Position numbers and translations under genes: made by a program. DNA of 64,000 bases from the human T2T-CHM13v2.0 reference genome, Homo sapiens. Shown here one piece after another: positions 1-18,050 of the stretch. The stretch lies in assembly GCF_009914755.1 (NCBI RefSeq), contig NC_060942.1, one strand, 5' to 3'. Position 1 is the stretch's first letter. The number at the start of each line of letters is the position of its first letter. Below the pieces are notes generated by a model, which had not been told where the DNA came from, did no database searches, and worked only from the letters and a program-made list of their open reading frames with translations.

Positions 1-19
1 AATTTTAAGAGATAAAAAT

Positions 20-190
20 CCAGTGTCTGTTTTGACTATGATTAGCATGAGATATCTTATTACACACGACCATGAAGATGTCAAGTAAGCAATTGGTTAT
101 ACAAGTTTGTAGCTCAGAGAAATCAAGACCAGAGAAATAAATGTTGGAACTATTCCCATACATCCATGGGACTTAGTGAGATAGTTGAAA
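20..190 (-). mobile_element. L2 LINE fragment
   Basis: GAAGATGTCAAGTAAGCAATTGGTTATACAAGTTTGTAGCTCAG...ATAAATGTTGGA resembles the antisense L2 motif; highly diverged. Confidence 0.55.
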
Positions 191-2109
191 GAATTAAAAG
201 GATAATTCAGGTAATAATAAAATAGTAGCATTATTTATCAAGTGCTTATGAGAGGCCAGAAACTTTTCTGGAAAGACAAAACACTTCCCTTGGCTTCAAT
301 CAGATCTCTCTTCTCATTTTTGTTTTTAATTTCTTAAAGTCATGTCTTACAAGCCAGAAGAGGTCACTGCTTAAAAATAATTTGAATGGAAAATTTCCAA
401 AATAATTATCTCCATTCTAAAGGAAATGAAAGTTTTCACTTCTTGAGAACATAAAAGAAACTATACTTTTTAATGTCATAATAAATATAATAATGGCCTT
501 AAGTCTGCCTTTGGGAGCAGCAAAAACAGACAATGGCAGAATTCATTAATAACTGTCCCCTTCTGGGTCAGAGGCTACATCCGTGCATTAAATGAAAATT
601 TCATATCATGGGATTTTTAACACTCTTTGCTGACCTCAATTCTCTTCCATTTTCATGTGTCGATCTGGCTGAAAATCTTTTCCTATGAGCTGTGTATTTT
701 CTGTCTTTACTTTCATAGTAAAAATAACTTTTACTGCCATTTCCCACAATTCTGAGGAAGAACACAAGCACAGTTTCTAATAACTTGAGGAAGTACTTGA
801 ATGATGCCCAAGGCCATTCAGTGAATAAAAGGAATTAGGGAGTTTAAGAGCCTGCTTTATATGATCAGTATAATCTTATTGCTACTTTTTATAACAATCC
901 AGCAAGCTATATAAACTTTATATATCTTCTATTACCATCCAATGTGTTTTCACAGACTCGCAAACTCAAGTGAGTAATCTACAGAGAGAAACACCAGAGA
1001 GGAGTTAGAAACATTGACTCCCATGTAGGTGGTTGGTTCTCCTTCAGTTAGGTTACATAGTAGATCAGAGAGTATTTCTATGCCCATTCCTGGTTCAGGA
1101 AGGTTCTGGAATCTGGGACCCATCTGGAGTCAGTCCAGATGTTTAACGGTTTCATGGCATTTTGCCAAGCATTTGCTATGCTAGATTATTTTTAAACATT
1201 TAGAACCTCCCTGGTTCTCCTGCCCCCACTTGACACTACTTGTCCCTGAAAAATTAAGATCAGTGCGCCTTTTATGCTTACAAAATGACCTTAAGTGGAC
1301 AATACATTAGATAACCATGCCACTAACTACTAACATGGGTTCGTTTGTGTTCACTTTAGCTTGGACATATTTTACTTGAACACTAAGCAAGGCTTGCCAA
1401 CGCTGGAAAGGGAATTATCTACCATCACAGACTTCAACAAATTGAACTTCATTTATGGGGTTTCCTTGAGGGCAGGAAAATATCTGGTTTCCCTAATAAT
1501 GTAAGAAGTACATATTTCTCTTGGTCGAATAGAATCTTTCGCGTTCACTGCCTTTCTTGAAAAGTCACAGCATGCTCCCCAGCCCCTAGCTCATCTCTGG
1601 TTTCTAAAATCTGCGTGCATTTGTATTTATAAATGAAATGTCATGGCCCATTGTGGCTTCTCCACTGGATGAATATCATAAATACTCAGTTCTTAAAAAG
1701 ATGGTGTTTGTTTTTCAAACCGGTGGTTAGGAATCAATAGCCTAAGAATTAAAACAAATCTAGAAGCTTATTCAACCAAAAAAATATTAGGTTGGAAGCA
1801 GAGGGTCAAGGCAAACACAACCTAGCTGCGTATTACTCCTTGGAGGATGTTGTCCATTGCCAAATATTCGCTGTGACACCATAATTTTCAGTGAGGCTTT
1901 CTCTGTAAGATAACAATTAGAATGGGAAAGATACACTTTAAGGAAGGGGGCCTCCTCTCTACACATGGCATACACAGTATGTATTGCTGCCCTTGGCAAT
2001 GCCCTTGTTATAATGACAACTTTGCTTTTATTTATAATGCATTTCATCTTTTTTCTGTAAGTTATTCATCATAAATCCTCTTAGACATAGTAATGATAGA
2101 GCGACAACA

Positions 2110-2310
2110 GCAAGAACTAACCTTTATAGAATGCTTCCTGTGTACCAGGCACCACTCTGAGCTCTGACACCCTGGGCGACCACCACCTTGATTATCACCA
2201 ATCTACAGATGAAGAAGCGGAGGCCTCCGGACATCCTGTGCCTTGCCAGTGCTCACACAGCTAATGGGTGCAGAACAGGAAGCAGACCAGGCATCCTGGC
2301 TCCAGCAAGC
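2110..2310 (-). mobile_element. MIR SINE
   Basis: Antisense MIR core CTACAGATGAAGAAGCGGAGGC...CACACAGCTAATGGGTGCAGAACAGGA...TGGCTCCAG, with 3' end TGTGTACCAGGCAC. Confidence 0.75.
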
Positions 2311-5300
2311 CACTCAACAGCTCTGCTGTTATTCCATGCTTACTTTCCCCTACCTCCCTCCCCAAATTTACTTTCATCTACAAAATAACATAACAATAAT
2401 GACAACAACAACAACAAAAGAAAAATGGAAATAAATGCCTAATGATGCCATTGTCCTCTGGCAGCCATGAAGGTGCTTGGACTCCAGGCTCTTCCCATCC
2501 AGTGGGCTACAGGACTCTTAGCCACATTCACCATGGAGGCCTCTGTCAGCTATAAATTATATGTCTACAAAATTCACAAGGAGCATATGAGCAATACTTG
2601 GGAAGTTGCTTTTGGAAAAAGCGTGAACCTCTGAAAGGTGCACTGAGGCATCCCCCAGAAATAGCATTATGTCCCCTTTAAAAGCTAAAAAAAATCACTC
2701 CTTCTAATATTGTTATGTTCTTATCTGACTGTGGAGGAGAATCAATGACAGGAAAGAGAGAAAATAGAGTATTTAAAGTCCCCTGTGACATTTTCCAAAG
2801 GACTCTGAAGAGCAAGTATTATAAAGGAAGAGGAGAAATGATATTATTGGCAACATTGAGTTTTGGAAGTGCTTTGGATTAGGTCTTCAAGATTTATGGG
2901 GGAAAAATGGTTTAAATGAAAGTGCTATGAGCTGACCCTTCTGTATAAAGTCCTAGACTAAAGATAAATTAATTAGTTTCAAAGTCTATCCATTTAGTTA
3001 CAATGTAAGTAGTATAATATATAGTATAACTTTAGTGTAAATATAGTATAAGTAGTATATGAGGGTTTTTTAAAATTGTAAGAGAGAGATATATATATTG
3101 TCTGTAGAGCTTCATAAACATGAGTGTAAGATCTAGTTGATGAAGGTGTTTCACTTACATTTTGCCATGGTGTTAAGTACAACTATCATCTTACCTTCCT
3201 CTTACCACTCTTTGGTAATACTTAGATGACTTCAATAAAACACACTTATAAACACAACCCAGATTCCACCCACTGATGAAAATGAAGTTTCCTTCACCCT
3301 AACAATGAAATGGAAAGCTTTACAAAAACAGCTGAATATGATCAGGACTGGAAATACATTTTCAGAATAAGTTCTTATTTTCATCATAACAGCAATGACT
3401 TGAAAATAGCCATTTTAAAATGGAAAATGTATTAATGTCTAAATTTATATCTCTGGAGCCATAAAAACAGTATATCTTTTCATAATATTGTGGTTTGTAG
3501 TCCACACAATAATGATGTTAAGGTCGCACCATAAACTACATTGAAAATCAATACCATAAACCTTGATAATTTAATTTACTCAACAGATAGATGTATTTTT
3601 AAAGGATTAATCACAAAATTTTTTGTACATCAAAAGTGTGACATTTTTAGTGCCTAAATTATTAGTAAATAAAAGTCAACATCTTCCTCATTTTGGCATA
3701 CATATAAATTCCTTAAGAATAACTCCCATATCATCTGGAAAACAGATCCAGTTCTTCCTCCAAGAGACTTGGGCCCTGTAAAGAACAAGACAGATCTGAC
3801 AGGTCTATTCCATCAGGACCTCTTGAGTCGAATATCAGCCAGAGGGTCAGCCACATAATCCCATGCCCTGAAGAAACCCTCGGGCATGAACACTTGCTAG
3901 CTATGATTTATAAACTGCTCTCACATGGACAAGAACTTCAGGAGCCCAATTTCTCAATCACACAAACTGGGGCTAAAAATGTGGTGTTTCTCTTATTTGT
4001 AGGGTTTTGGTCAGGTTGAAGTGGAATAATATCCCTAAGGCTGTCTTCAAATTATAAAACTCCATTTGCTAACTATTTATATTATAATCACCACCGACTG
4101 GAAAAGAACTCATATATTTTTAAATCTCCCTATTCCCAAATGAGTGTTCCTGATGAGGTTGATTTTAGAGCAAGATTTAATAATAAAAAGGAAAGAACCC
4201 TAAAGATTTAGAGGTTATAAACACTTTTGTATAATTTTTAAAATATTTTTATAGCCATATATTATTATTTGATTTTACAGATGAGAACACTGAGGTTCAA
4301 TCAGCGTTTTAAAATGGCCTAAGAAGACTCAATAAAAGCAGCAGCAAATTCCCTGTGTTTCTTCTGCTCTACACTGAGCAAATTTGACAATATCACATAT
4401 CATTGCATTTCATTTGGATTGAGTGGGTAGGAAAGAAACCCTGACCACTTGTGACTCTCAAGCATGAAAACTGCAGAAGGGTTGCCTCCCATAGGGTAAG
4501 CTGGCCCGAGACCACTGGGGGCTGGGAGGTGGTCCCATGCATCCCTTCACTCTTGCTCCGTGCACCTCTGAGTTCATATATGAGATTCCTCCACTCAGAA
4601 CTTAGTGAATACTCAACAAATGTTTGTTAAATACATCTAGCATTTTGAGAGCAGGGGTAATTTCATACATTTTTCTCTGTGATTTGTTATACCTGACAGG
4701 AATGAGAAATCACTTAAAGGAAAACTAATGTTAAGGTTCCTTTGAGACTAATTTTTTCATCAACAAAGTAGAGATAATAACACTGGATGGCAAGATACTG
4801 TGAACAGGGAGTGTGGAGGATGAGGGGAGTTTTATCACTGTTGTTCTGTGTCTTGCCTTATTATTTTAGAGTTGCTAGGTGGGTTTTTTTCTAAGAAAAA
4901 AAGACGAAGTCTGCAAATTGCCAAGGCAGAATCTATTTCTTTAAACCTTATTATTCTGGAGTGTAATTTTTATTCTCATTATCAGGAGAAAACAGCACCA
5001 ACTGAAAAGGTTTTCTTTAATCATTCAATTCATTGCAACATTCCCTCAAAGGAAAAAAGTCAATAATAATGTTCAAATGTAGCAATTGCAGAGAAGTAAA
5101 ATACAAAAGTACTTTTGCTCCTTGTTCACTTAAGTAGAGTGCTTCGTTTTTCTTCTGAAAAACAATCTTTTTTCCCAAATTTTGCTTTGACAAGCATCCT
5201 CAAGATGAACAGAATAAAGCACGCAATCAACTAGAACCCAGTTTCAAATTTCCGCATATCTTTATTTTAAGATAACCCTCCTGATTAGAGACTTGGCAGC

Positions 5301-5484
5301 GGTAAGGCGCAGAGTGAATGGAAAATGCAAAGTTTAAACTCATTCAAAGGTTTAAGACGGCAGTTTTGTTTTTTAGAGACCTATGGAAAAGAGAGGGGGA
5401 GGGCTTTTTAACAGAATAAAGAAAGAAAATTTGCCAAAGTCCCTAAGAATTCCCAGAAAGGCCAGATATATGTGGATATCATAA

Positions 5485-5727
<243 letters not shown>

Positions 5728-5784
5728 TAAAAGTGAATGAGGAACTTCCTTGAGAGGAGACGCTGCACTGATTTTATGGAGACT

Positions 5785-6005
5785 CAACTTCTGACCACTG
5801 GGATGGGCCATTCCCTTCTAGCTGGGGCTGTTTTAACTGCTCCCTTCGAGGGCAGGCATCAGCTGAGTTTGGTCCGGATTTCCTTTCTGGTTTTTGGTTC
5901 TTGCGAAAGTGCTTTTCTTGTGTAAATAGTTGTTAAATTGGTGTCCTTGCTGGAGAGACGATCTGTGTAGCATTCTGTTCCACCATCTTGCTTTGCCTCC
6001 CACCT
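5785..6005 (-). mobile_element. Old L1 (L1M1/L1M2-type) 5' UTR fragment
   Basis: Reverse complement reads GGAGGCAAAGCAAGATGGTGGAACAGAA...CAAGGACACCAATTTAACAACTAT...AAGAACCAAAAA, a typical L1M 5' terminus. Confidence 0.7.
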
Positions 6006-6099
6006 CAGCATTGCTTTTAATGGCCTCGGTGGCAGCTGTGATTTTATCCCTGCCACGTGAGATGGATATTAAACGTCTACAAGGGAAAGAAAGTATCCA

Positions 6100-6636
<537 letters not shown>

Positions 6637-8031
6637 TTACTGAAGTTTTTTGACAAACCCCCACCCCACACACGCTACTTTTGTGTCCAAGGCAAATGCT
6701 TGACTATCCTCGCCCTAGTGCCAGTACTGGGGCTAATAGATACTGGCTATTATTCTTATTAGTATTTAGGAAGTTTATTTTGCACCTTCTTGTGTCCCCA
6801 ACACCTGAGGCAGACCTCCCAGCAGGTAGTTAGAAGGATGGTGAATGAGGATGATAACACGCAGCTTTGCTACTCAAAAATATTAATAAAATTATATTGT
6901 TTTAAAAACCTGGTTCAGGTATTGCTAACTCTAACTAAACGAGCTTCAGAGAAAAAGATGTTATATCATGCATTCATTCACTTCTATATTATAAAATACA
7001 GATGAAGGTAGATTTTTAACTCCAAATTATACAAAAACCAAACAATATTCAGAATTGGAATTTGTATGGCTTTGGGATACATGGATCATGGATTGAGGTT
7101 AGAATATTATACAAACTCTATTTGGTTAATTAATATAGGTTTGAAATGGTACATGGTGAAATGAAAATACATTCTATAAAAATATTTGATTAATACTATA
7201 ATTTATCTATGTTAATATTAACCATTCACATTTCTCGTTACTCCTCCATTGTATTATAAAGACCATAATAACTGAAAAGAGAGAAAATTTTTTGATATTT
7301 CTAAACCTTAGAAATATGTTTCTTCAGAAAAAATATATCAGTTATCCTTTTTTTACATCTACTTCAATTTTTGCAAAGAAAGCGATTTTGACATGGAAAA
7401 TATACAGAAAAAAAACTGCCTAAAAGATTGCAAGTTATTGTTAACATAAAAAGTATGAAGGAAAAAGTATCTTTTCTGTTTCTATTTTTGGCCCCTATGC
7501 CATGTGAACTGATTTTCTTCAGCAGAGATTCTGGATACCTATTTGCATTTTAGTTAACATATTTTCTTTGCTATTCTTTTCCTTTCTCCCATGCCAATAT
7601 ACCCCCCTGATGACTAATAATCAAAAATATTTCCTAATAGGAAAGATTTAATTTGTAATAAAATCTATGGAAAAGGCTGTGCAAATGAAAATCAGTGTAA
7701 AACAAAAAAGAGCCTTTTTAAAGAGATAATAAATATTTGAAACCATATTTCTTACAAAATAGGTCACAAAATGCCACTAAACTTGCTCTATGACTCTAAT
7801 AAATTGGCGCATGCCTTTGGAAAATGAAGACAGCAATGCTCATTAAAAGTACAGATAAGACAAATATGGACTAGCATTTTCTATTGCAACACTGGATGGT
7901 TTTTGTTGTTTATTATTTATTCATAGTAAGCAGGGGATAGAGTGTAAACTGACCTCACCTGGGACCTCACATGGCTTAAAATGTCAGGGACATGGTATGT
8001 TTCTCATTACAGGGAATAAGGAGTTGCAGAT

Positions 8032-8509
8032 TGTGTTAGTCGGGGTTCTCCAGAGAGACAGGACCAATAGGATACAGACAGAAAGAGACAGAAAGAGATT
8101 TATTATGAGGAATTTGTTCACATGATTATGGAGCTTGAGAAGTTCCACAGTCTGCCGTCTGCAAGTTGGAGGCCCAGGAAATCCCATGGTATAAGTTCCA
8201 GTCCAAGTCCAAATGCCCAACAACGAGGTGTGCCACTGTCTGAGGGCCAGAGGAAATGGATGCCTCCACTCAAGCAGACATCAGGTTCTTCCTCCCTCTC
8301 CCTTTTGTCGTATTAAGGTCCTCAATGGATTGGAGGGTGCCCGCTCACACTGGTGAATGGGTGGGCATCAACCCACTTCTTTACCCAGTCTACTGATTAA
8401 AATGCTAATCTCTTCCAGAAACACCCTCACAGACATGCCCAGAAATACTGTTTTACCAGCTATCTGGGCACCCCTTAAGCCCAGTCAAGTTGACACATAA
8501 AGTAACCAT
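8032..8509 (-). mobile_element. MLT2-family (ERV-L) solo LTR
   Basis: TGTGTTAGTCGGGGTTCTCCAGAGAGACAG...AATCTCTTCCAGAAACACCCTCACAGAC...CAGTCAAGTTGACACATAAA, the MLT2 antisense signature. Confidence 0.85.
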
Positions 8510-9219
8510 GTAGATTATTTCCACTCCTAATACAAAGAAAGCAAAAGACCAATAGCATAAAATTTAGAAAAGCAAAAGTAGTTAAAAGCTTTATAGCTTA
8601 AAGCAAACATATTTTGATGACATTCAAAGCCAAGCCATTTAAATTAAAAAAAAAAAAAAACACTCCTTCTTTGACTCTTCCAATCTGTTTTAAAGAAGCG
8701 AATACTCCTCCACATTATGTGTGAGTGTTGAAGAGTAGGCTCCTAGTGCTTGGGCCTACTGCAAAGTGGTCCTGGCCCAAGAACTAAGGGATTTCTCAGA
8801 ATGAACATGTCCAAATTCTTTTACCTGGGCAACAATCCTTCAGGTTTTTTGAGTCAGGTCATCTTCATAGAACTTCCATGACACATTTTATTTCAAACAT
8901 AAGAAAATTTTAATCATCCATTTTACATATATAACTTTCTTTTTAATAGAAAGTAAAATTTAATAGAACCTTAAGATTTTATGTTTTATAAATTTATATA
9001 CAGTCAAGTTACTTTCCTTATTTTTAAAACTATATTAGGCAGGCTAGTACCTCATCAGAAATATGTCCAAGTGTTTCCCCATTATCTATAGAGAGCAATG
9101 TACTATTGGAGCATATTGAATGCAATCCTCATATTCCAACATTGGCAACCCAGGACTAGAGATACACATAAACAGAAAATGCCAAGATTAGTAACCATAC
9201 TGACACTTCAGAACTGGTC

Positions 9220-9251
9220 GTGTGTGTGTGTGTGTGTTTGTGTGTATGTGT
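9220..9251 (+). repeat. (TG)n microsatellite, interrupted
   Basis: GTGTGTGTGTGTGTGTGTTTGTGTGTATGTGT. Confidence 0.9.
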
Positions 9252-9684
9252 AGAGATATAAATTCCATACTCCAAAAAAGTGACTATTTTGGTTATTTTA
9301 TTCTTGCTGTTTCAGATGTCTACGTCTTATATACGTACAGACATATTTATACATACATTTCATAAGTCAAGGTCATGCACATGATCACAAACTGGCTTGT
9401 TGGGACACTGACCAAGGCACCTGAAATGCATTAGCTTAAACCATAAGAAATCGCTCTTTATAAAAAATTATGGTAAGGACATTTAATATGACCCCCTTCA
9501 CAACTTTTAAGTGAAAAATCCAATATTGTTACAATAGGCAGAGTGTTGTACAGCAGATCTCTAGAATTATTATCTTGTAGAACTGAAACTTTGTACCCGT
9601 GGAACTTCAACTCACCATTTCCCTTTCCTCCTACCTTCTACCCTGTGGCAACCACAGTTCTACACAGCTTTTATGAGTCTCGTC

Positions 9685-10003
<319 letters not shown>

Positions 10004-10028
10004 TAAGATCATGTGATATTTATTTTTA

Positions 10029-10505
10029 ATGCCTTTTGAGTAAATACCACATAGTGTAACTGCTGGATCATATGGTAAGGCTGTGTTTTGTTTTGTAGGA
10101 AACCATAAAACTCTCTTCCAAAGTGGCTGTACCATTTTGCATTCCCACCACCAATGAACGAGAGTTCCTGCTGCCCCATATCCTTGCCAGCACTTGGTGG
10201 TGTCAGCGTTTTGGATTTTGGCCATTCTAATAGTGACATTGTGATATCTCACTGTTGTTTTAATTTGCACTTCCCCGATGACATATGATGGGAAGCATCT
10301 CATGTGCTCATTTGCCATCCATATATCTTCTTGGTGAGGTGTCTACTCAGTTCTTTGGCCCATTTTTTAATTGAGTGTTTGTTTTCTTATTGCTGAGTTT
10401 TAAGTGTTCTTTGTATATTTGAAAAACAATTATTTATCAGATATGTCTTTTGCAAATATTTTTCCCAGTCTGTGATTTGTCTTTTTATTCCCTCAACAGT
10501 ATCTT
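10029..10505 (-). mobile_element. L1MC-type ORF2 3' fragment embedded in the L1 above
   Basis: GCTGGATCATATGGTAAG...TTGGATTTTGGCCATTCTAATAG...GATGACATATGATG; ORF 9986..10318 is L1 ORF2 C-terminus-like (KCWQG...CKMVQPLWK). Confidence 0.65.
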
Positions 10506-12759
10506 GTAATAGTCACCCTAACAAGTGTGAGGTGATAAATTATTGTAATGAAAGAAATTAAAGAAGACACAAATAAATAGAAAGGCTTTCTGTGTTCATG
10601 AACTGAAAGAATTGACATTTGTTAAAATGTCTATTCTCCCCAAAGTGATCTATGAATTTCATGCAATGTCTATGAAAAGCTTAATAATAATTTTGCAGAA
10701 ATAGGACAAACAATTCCAAAATTCATACAAAATTACAAAAGACATCAGATAGCCAAAGCAATCTTGAGCAAAAAGAACAAAGCTGAAGGCATCACACTGC
10801 CTGATATCAAAATATACTACAAAGCTATAATAATCAGAACAGCATGTTACTGACATAAAAATGGTTAATGTAGACCAATGGAACAGGATAGAGTGCTCAG
10901 AAATAAGGCCATACATTTACAGTCAACTGCTCTTGAGTAATAGTGCCAAGAACATACAATAAGGAAAGGACAGTCTCTTCAACAAATGGTGTTGGGAAAA
11001 TTGGATATCCACATGCAAAAAAGTAAAACTGCGCCCTTACACCATAAACAAAAATCAACTCAAAATGGACTAAGGAATTAAACCTAAAACCCAAATGTAT
11101 AAAACTCCTAGGAGAAAACAAAGGGGAAAAAATTCATGGAACTGGTCTAGGCAATGAACTCTTGAATGTAACACCAAAAGCACATGCAGCAAAAGTAAAA
11201 ATGGACAAACGGGTTTACATCAAACTATAAAGCTTCTTTACCACAAAGAAAACAATTAGTCAGGTGAAGAGACAACCCATGGATTGGGAGAAAACATTTG
11301 CACACTATATATCTGATAAGAAGTTAATATCTAAAATATGTAAGGAACTCCAACAACTCACTTAGCAAAGAAAACAAATAATTCAATTTAAAAATGGGCC
11401 AAGAGCTTGAATAGACATTTCTCAAAAGAAGACATGCAAATGGCCAACTGGTATATGAAAACATGTTCCACATCACTAATTATCAGGGAAATGCAAATCA
11501 CTAACATCTTAGGTATAATACAGTTAGCTTCTAATCTCTTAAAGTGTGAGGAATAGAACACAAAAATCTGACTCATTTGTGGTGATCAAGTTTCTATGAT
11601 AATGTTTTTCAGTAGTCATTTCTATTCAACTCTACTTTTCTCAAGCAATTACTGGATTACAGATGTTCTTTTTTCCTGACATCTCCAATCTATTAGTGTC
11701 TCTACCCTAGATAGTCTTCAGGCCTGCCTTCAATGCTAAGAAGTACAGATTGTAGATTTGTTCCTTAAACTGTCAGGATCTTCCTTCACACGAACACAAA
11801 ACCTGTTACACATGGTCTATTGGTTTGAGAACATCTTCATCATAGCTCATTCACTGGATAACAGAACAGGTAAAGGCATAATGGGTAAAGGCATAATGTT
11901 TTCCTGAAGTTCAAACTAAAAATATGAAGTAATCCAATTTGAGGCTTTAGGAAGATAATGGTTTCTCTACTGTATTTAGCCAATATTAATGACAAAATGT
12001 CTAACGGGAGCTTACATAATTTATGCACCCTTAAATGTCAGGGAACATTTCTGAGAATATGGCTTGAACAATGTATTGAGAAAGAAAACAATGTGGGTTG
12101 TGGTTTATTTTTACCATAGAGAACATTATGCCTCTACTGTAGATATACAAATAATTAAAAATCACCACTACCATGTAATATAAATTTTGTTCAACAAATT
12201 ACTTAGCTTCTGTCCAGATATATCATCAACCTTCCATCCAAGACCACTACTCTCATTTTCACTTTCAAAACCATCTGACCTTGCCAAAATGCCAGGCACC
12301 TTGCTGTATAGACACATTAAGCCGATGCTAGCAATACTAAATTGAGAAGAACTGAGAATTCACTCATGAACCCAAAAGATTATCAACCTAAGAAAGAAAC
12401 ATTCAAAACTTTGTGTAATGGCTGTCTAATGCATTTCAATAAGCCTTCCCTGTTTCACTGTTGAAAGAGTTGTGAGGTTTGCAAGGGCTAACATTTTATG
12501 TGTATTTAACAACCTCACAATTTTATATTAAATGAATAAATGTCTTATACATCAGTCTAATCAGATTGTTAACATTGTTTGACTGCTTAGTTGGGGACAA
12601 GAACGTTCTGTGAAATATGCTTCTTTATTCAGACAGTAACCCAGCTAGGAAAACTGGGAGAACTCTCCCAACTCCCTTTAGAATTCTAGTGACATCAAAA
12701 TTAGAAGAAGATGAGGACAAAAGGAGAAAGAAACTTCACTTTTGAATATAAATGCAAAA

Positions 12760-13200
12760 GTAGTAACTTACACATTAGCAACAGAGTCTAGCAATTCATT
12801 TTTCTTTAATCGACTTGCAGGGATTGTCAGAGGAAAGCAAGGATAGCTTATTAGAAAATGTGTTAATGAAATTTATCACATTAACAGATGAAAGGAGAAA
12901 AACCATATGATCACCTTTCAATAGATGCAGAAAATATTTGATAAAATTCAACACTCAATCTTCTTAGTAAACTAAAATAAAATGAGAATATCTTATCTTC
13001 AAATAGCAAATGAAGCATAAATATTAGGCTGGTGTAAAAGTAACTGCAGTTTTCACCATTACTTTCAATGGCAAAAACTGCATTTACGTTTGCACCAACC
13101 TAATAGCACATCTAATCATGAAAGGTGAGATATAATCTTTTTAAAGTCAAGAAGAGGGTAAGCATGTCCACTAACATCCCTTCTATTCAACAATATAGTA
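12760..13200 (+). mobile_element. Ancient L1M ORF2 fragment (hosts the MADE1)
   Basis: GAAAAACCATATGATCACC...CAATAGATGCAGAAAATATTTGATAAAATTCAACAC (RT motif DAEKAFDKIQH, degenerate). Confidence 0.7.
13024..13103. mobile_element. MADE1 (Hsmar1-derived mariner MITE), full length 80 bp
   Basis: TTAGGCTGGTGTAAAAGTAACTGCAG...CTGCATTTACGTTTGCACCAACCTAA; near-palindromic; TA duplications at 13022-13023 and 13104-13105. Confidence 0.93.
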
Positions 13201-13479
13201 ATTCACAAAAGTGAGATTTCTGGATTAAAAAGCATGTACATATGCATTTATAATTGTGATATATATTGCCAATTAGCCTTCATAGATGTTGAATAATTTT
13301 ACACTTTTTTTCAGCACTGTATGAAAGGATCTCTCTCCCCATATTCTTACCAATACAGCAGATTGTCAAATTGTAAAATTTTTGAGTGAAAAATGATATA
13401 ATAGGGCATTTGAGGCATTTTAAAAATCTATTTTAGAATTCTTCTAAACATGTGAGATGTAACTAATATAGAGTACATC

Positions 13480-16533
<3,054 letters not shown>

Positions 16534-17489
16534 AAAAAAGACATTATTACAAACCCTGCAGATAATAAAAAGAAAATGAAAGGATAGTATAAATATCTTT
16601 GTGGTAATAAATTTTCAAATTCAGATGAAATGAACAAATTCCTTGAAAAGCATAGTTTTCTGAATGACCCAACAAAAAACAGAAAAGCCAGGTTAAGTAT
16701 TGAATAAATTAAATCTACAATTAAAATCCTTCCTACAAAAACAGCTTTCTAGGTCTAGATGGTTTCAAAGACAAATTATTTTAAAAGTTCAGAGAATAAA
16801 TAATGTCAATCTTAAACTCTTCTAGAAAACAGAAAAAAAAAGAAATATTTGACTGATTTTATAAGGACAAAATACCAAAATCTGGCAAGAATATTAAAAG
16901 AAAGGAAAATTACAACCAAGTTATCTTATAACTATGAACACAAAATATCCTAAAGAAAATATTAGCAAATAGAATTCAGTAATATATAAAGGCTTTACCA
17001 CAATTCAATGGAGAAATAAAAACCTGTCCAATAAATTATACAGAGTCAATTTGATATTGATGTAGGAAAAAAAATAACATTGAATTATACCTCACATATA
17101 CACTGAAGTTCATTCAAGAGCACTGAGTCTATTAGACCACCAGAAAAGATACCAAATGTCCACTTGAAATGGATCATAAACTTAAATGTAAAAGCTAAAA
17201 GAATCAAGTGCCTACGGGAAGCATTAGTAAAGATCGTCATAATTTGGGGCTCAAAATGATTCATGAAGCAGCATATGAAAATCACTCACCATATAACAAA
17301 ACAATGAAACTAACCTTTATTGCAAATGAGGACTTCTGTTTATATATTCTAAAAGGCTCATATGAAAAATATAAAAAGAACTTCTACAAATCAATAAGAA
17401 GTAGGTACAATTTCTGCTTTAAAAAGTGGTTTCAAAAACCTTGAACAGATTTTTCCAAATGAGGATATCAAAATTGTTAATAAACACAA

Positions 17490-17675
17490 AAGACACTGGG
17501 GACTCCAAAAGCAGGGAGAGAAGGAGGGAGAAAGGGGTTGAAAAGCTACCTATTGGGTGCAATGTTCACTATTCAGGTGGTGGGTTCAAAAGAAGCCCAA
17601 CCCCAGCATTATCAATATGCCCATATAACAAGCTTGCACTTGTACCACCTGATTCTAAAGGAATAAAATAAAATC
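17490..17675 (+). mobile_element. L1PB4-like 3' end
   Basis: GACACTGGGGACTCCAAAA...GTTGAAAAGCTACCTATTGGGTGCAATGTTCACTATT...A-rich tail. Confidence 0.75.
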
Positions 17676-17863
17676 AGAAAAAAATGTGAATAAACATAAA
17701 ATAGTGTTCAACATCATTACACATCAGAGAAATGCAAACTAAAACCACAATGAAATACCAACGCACACCCACTTAGAATGGCTACAATTAGAGACTGTCA
17801 ACAGCAAATGTTGAAAATGATATGGCACAATTGGAACATTGGTGACTGTAAATTGATACAACT

Positions 17864-18050
17864 CTGGGAGACATTCTTCACAGGTCTCTCATTTCTACAT
17901 ATTTTGTGAGTGAGACTCTAACTGCCCTCTATTCCAAAGGATCTTTTCTGGGATGTGTGTGTAGTAAGCAGCCTTGGAAGTAGCGTCTCCTTCCTGAGCA
18001 AAGGGCAGACATGCTTCTTATCCAGCAAAAGAAATCTGGGTTTCCTAAAC
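17864..18050 (+). mobile_element. MER54-like LTR fragment
   Basis: TGGGAGACATTCTTCACAGGTCTCTCATTTCT...CAGCCTTGGAAG...GAGCAAAGGGCAGACATGCTT. Confidence 0.6.

Noticed and set aside
8432-8441. p53 half-site AGACATGCCC
   Set aside because: A single half-site in an MLT2 LTR with no adjacent second decamer
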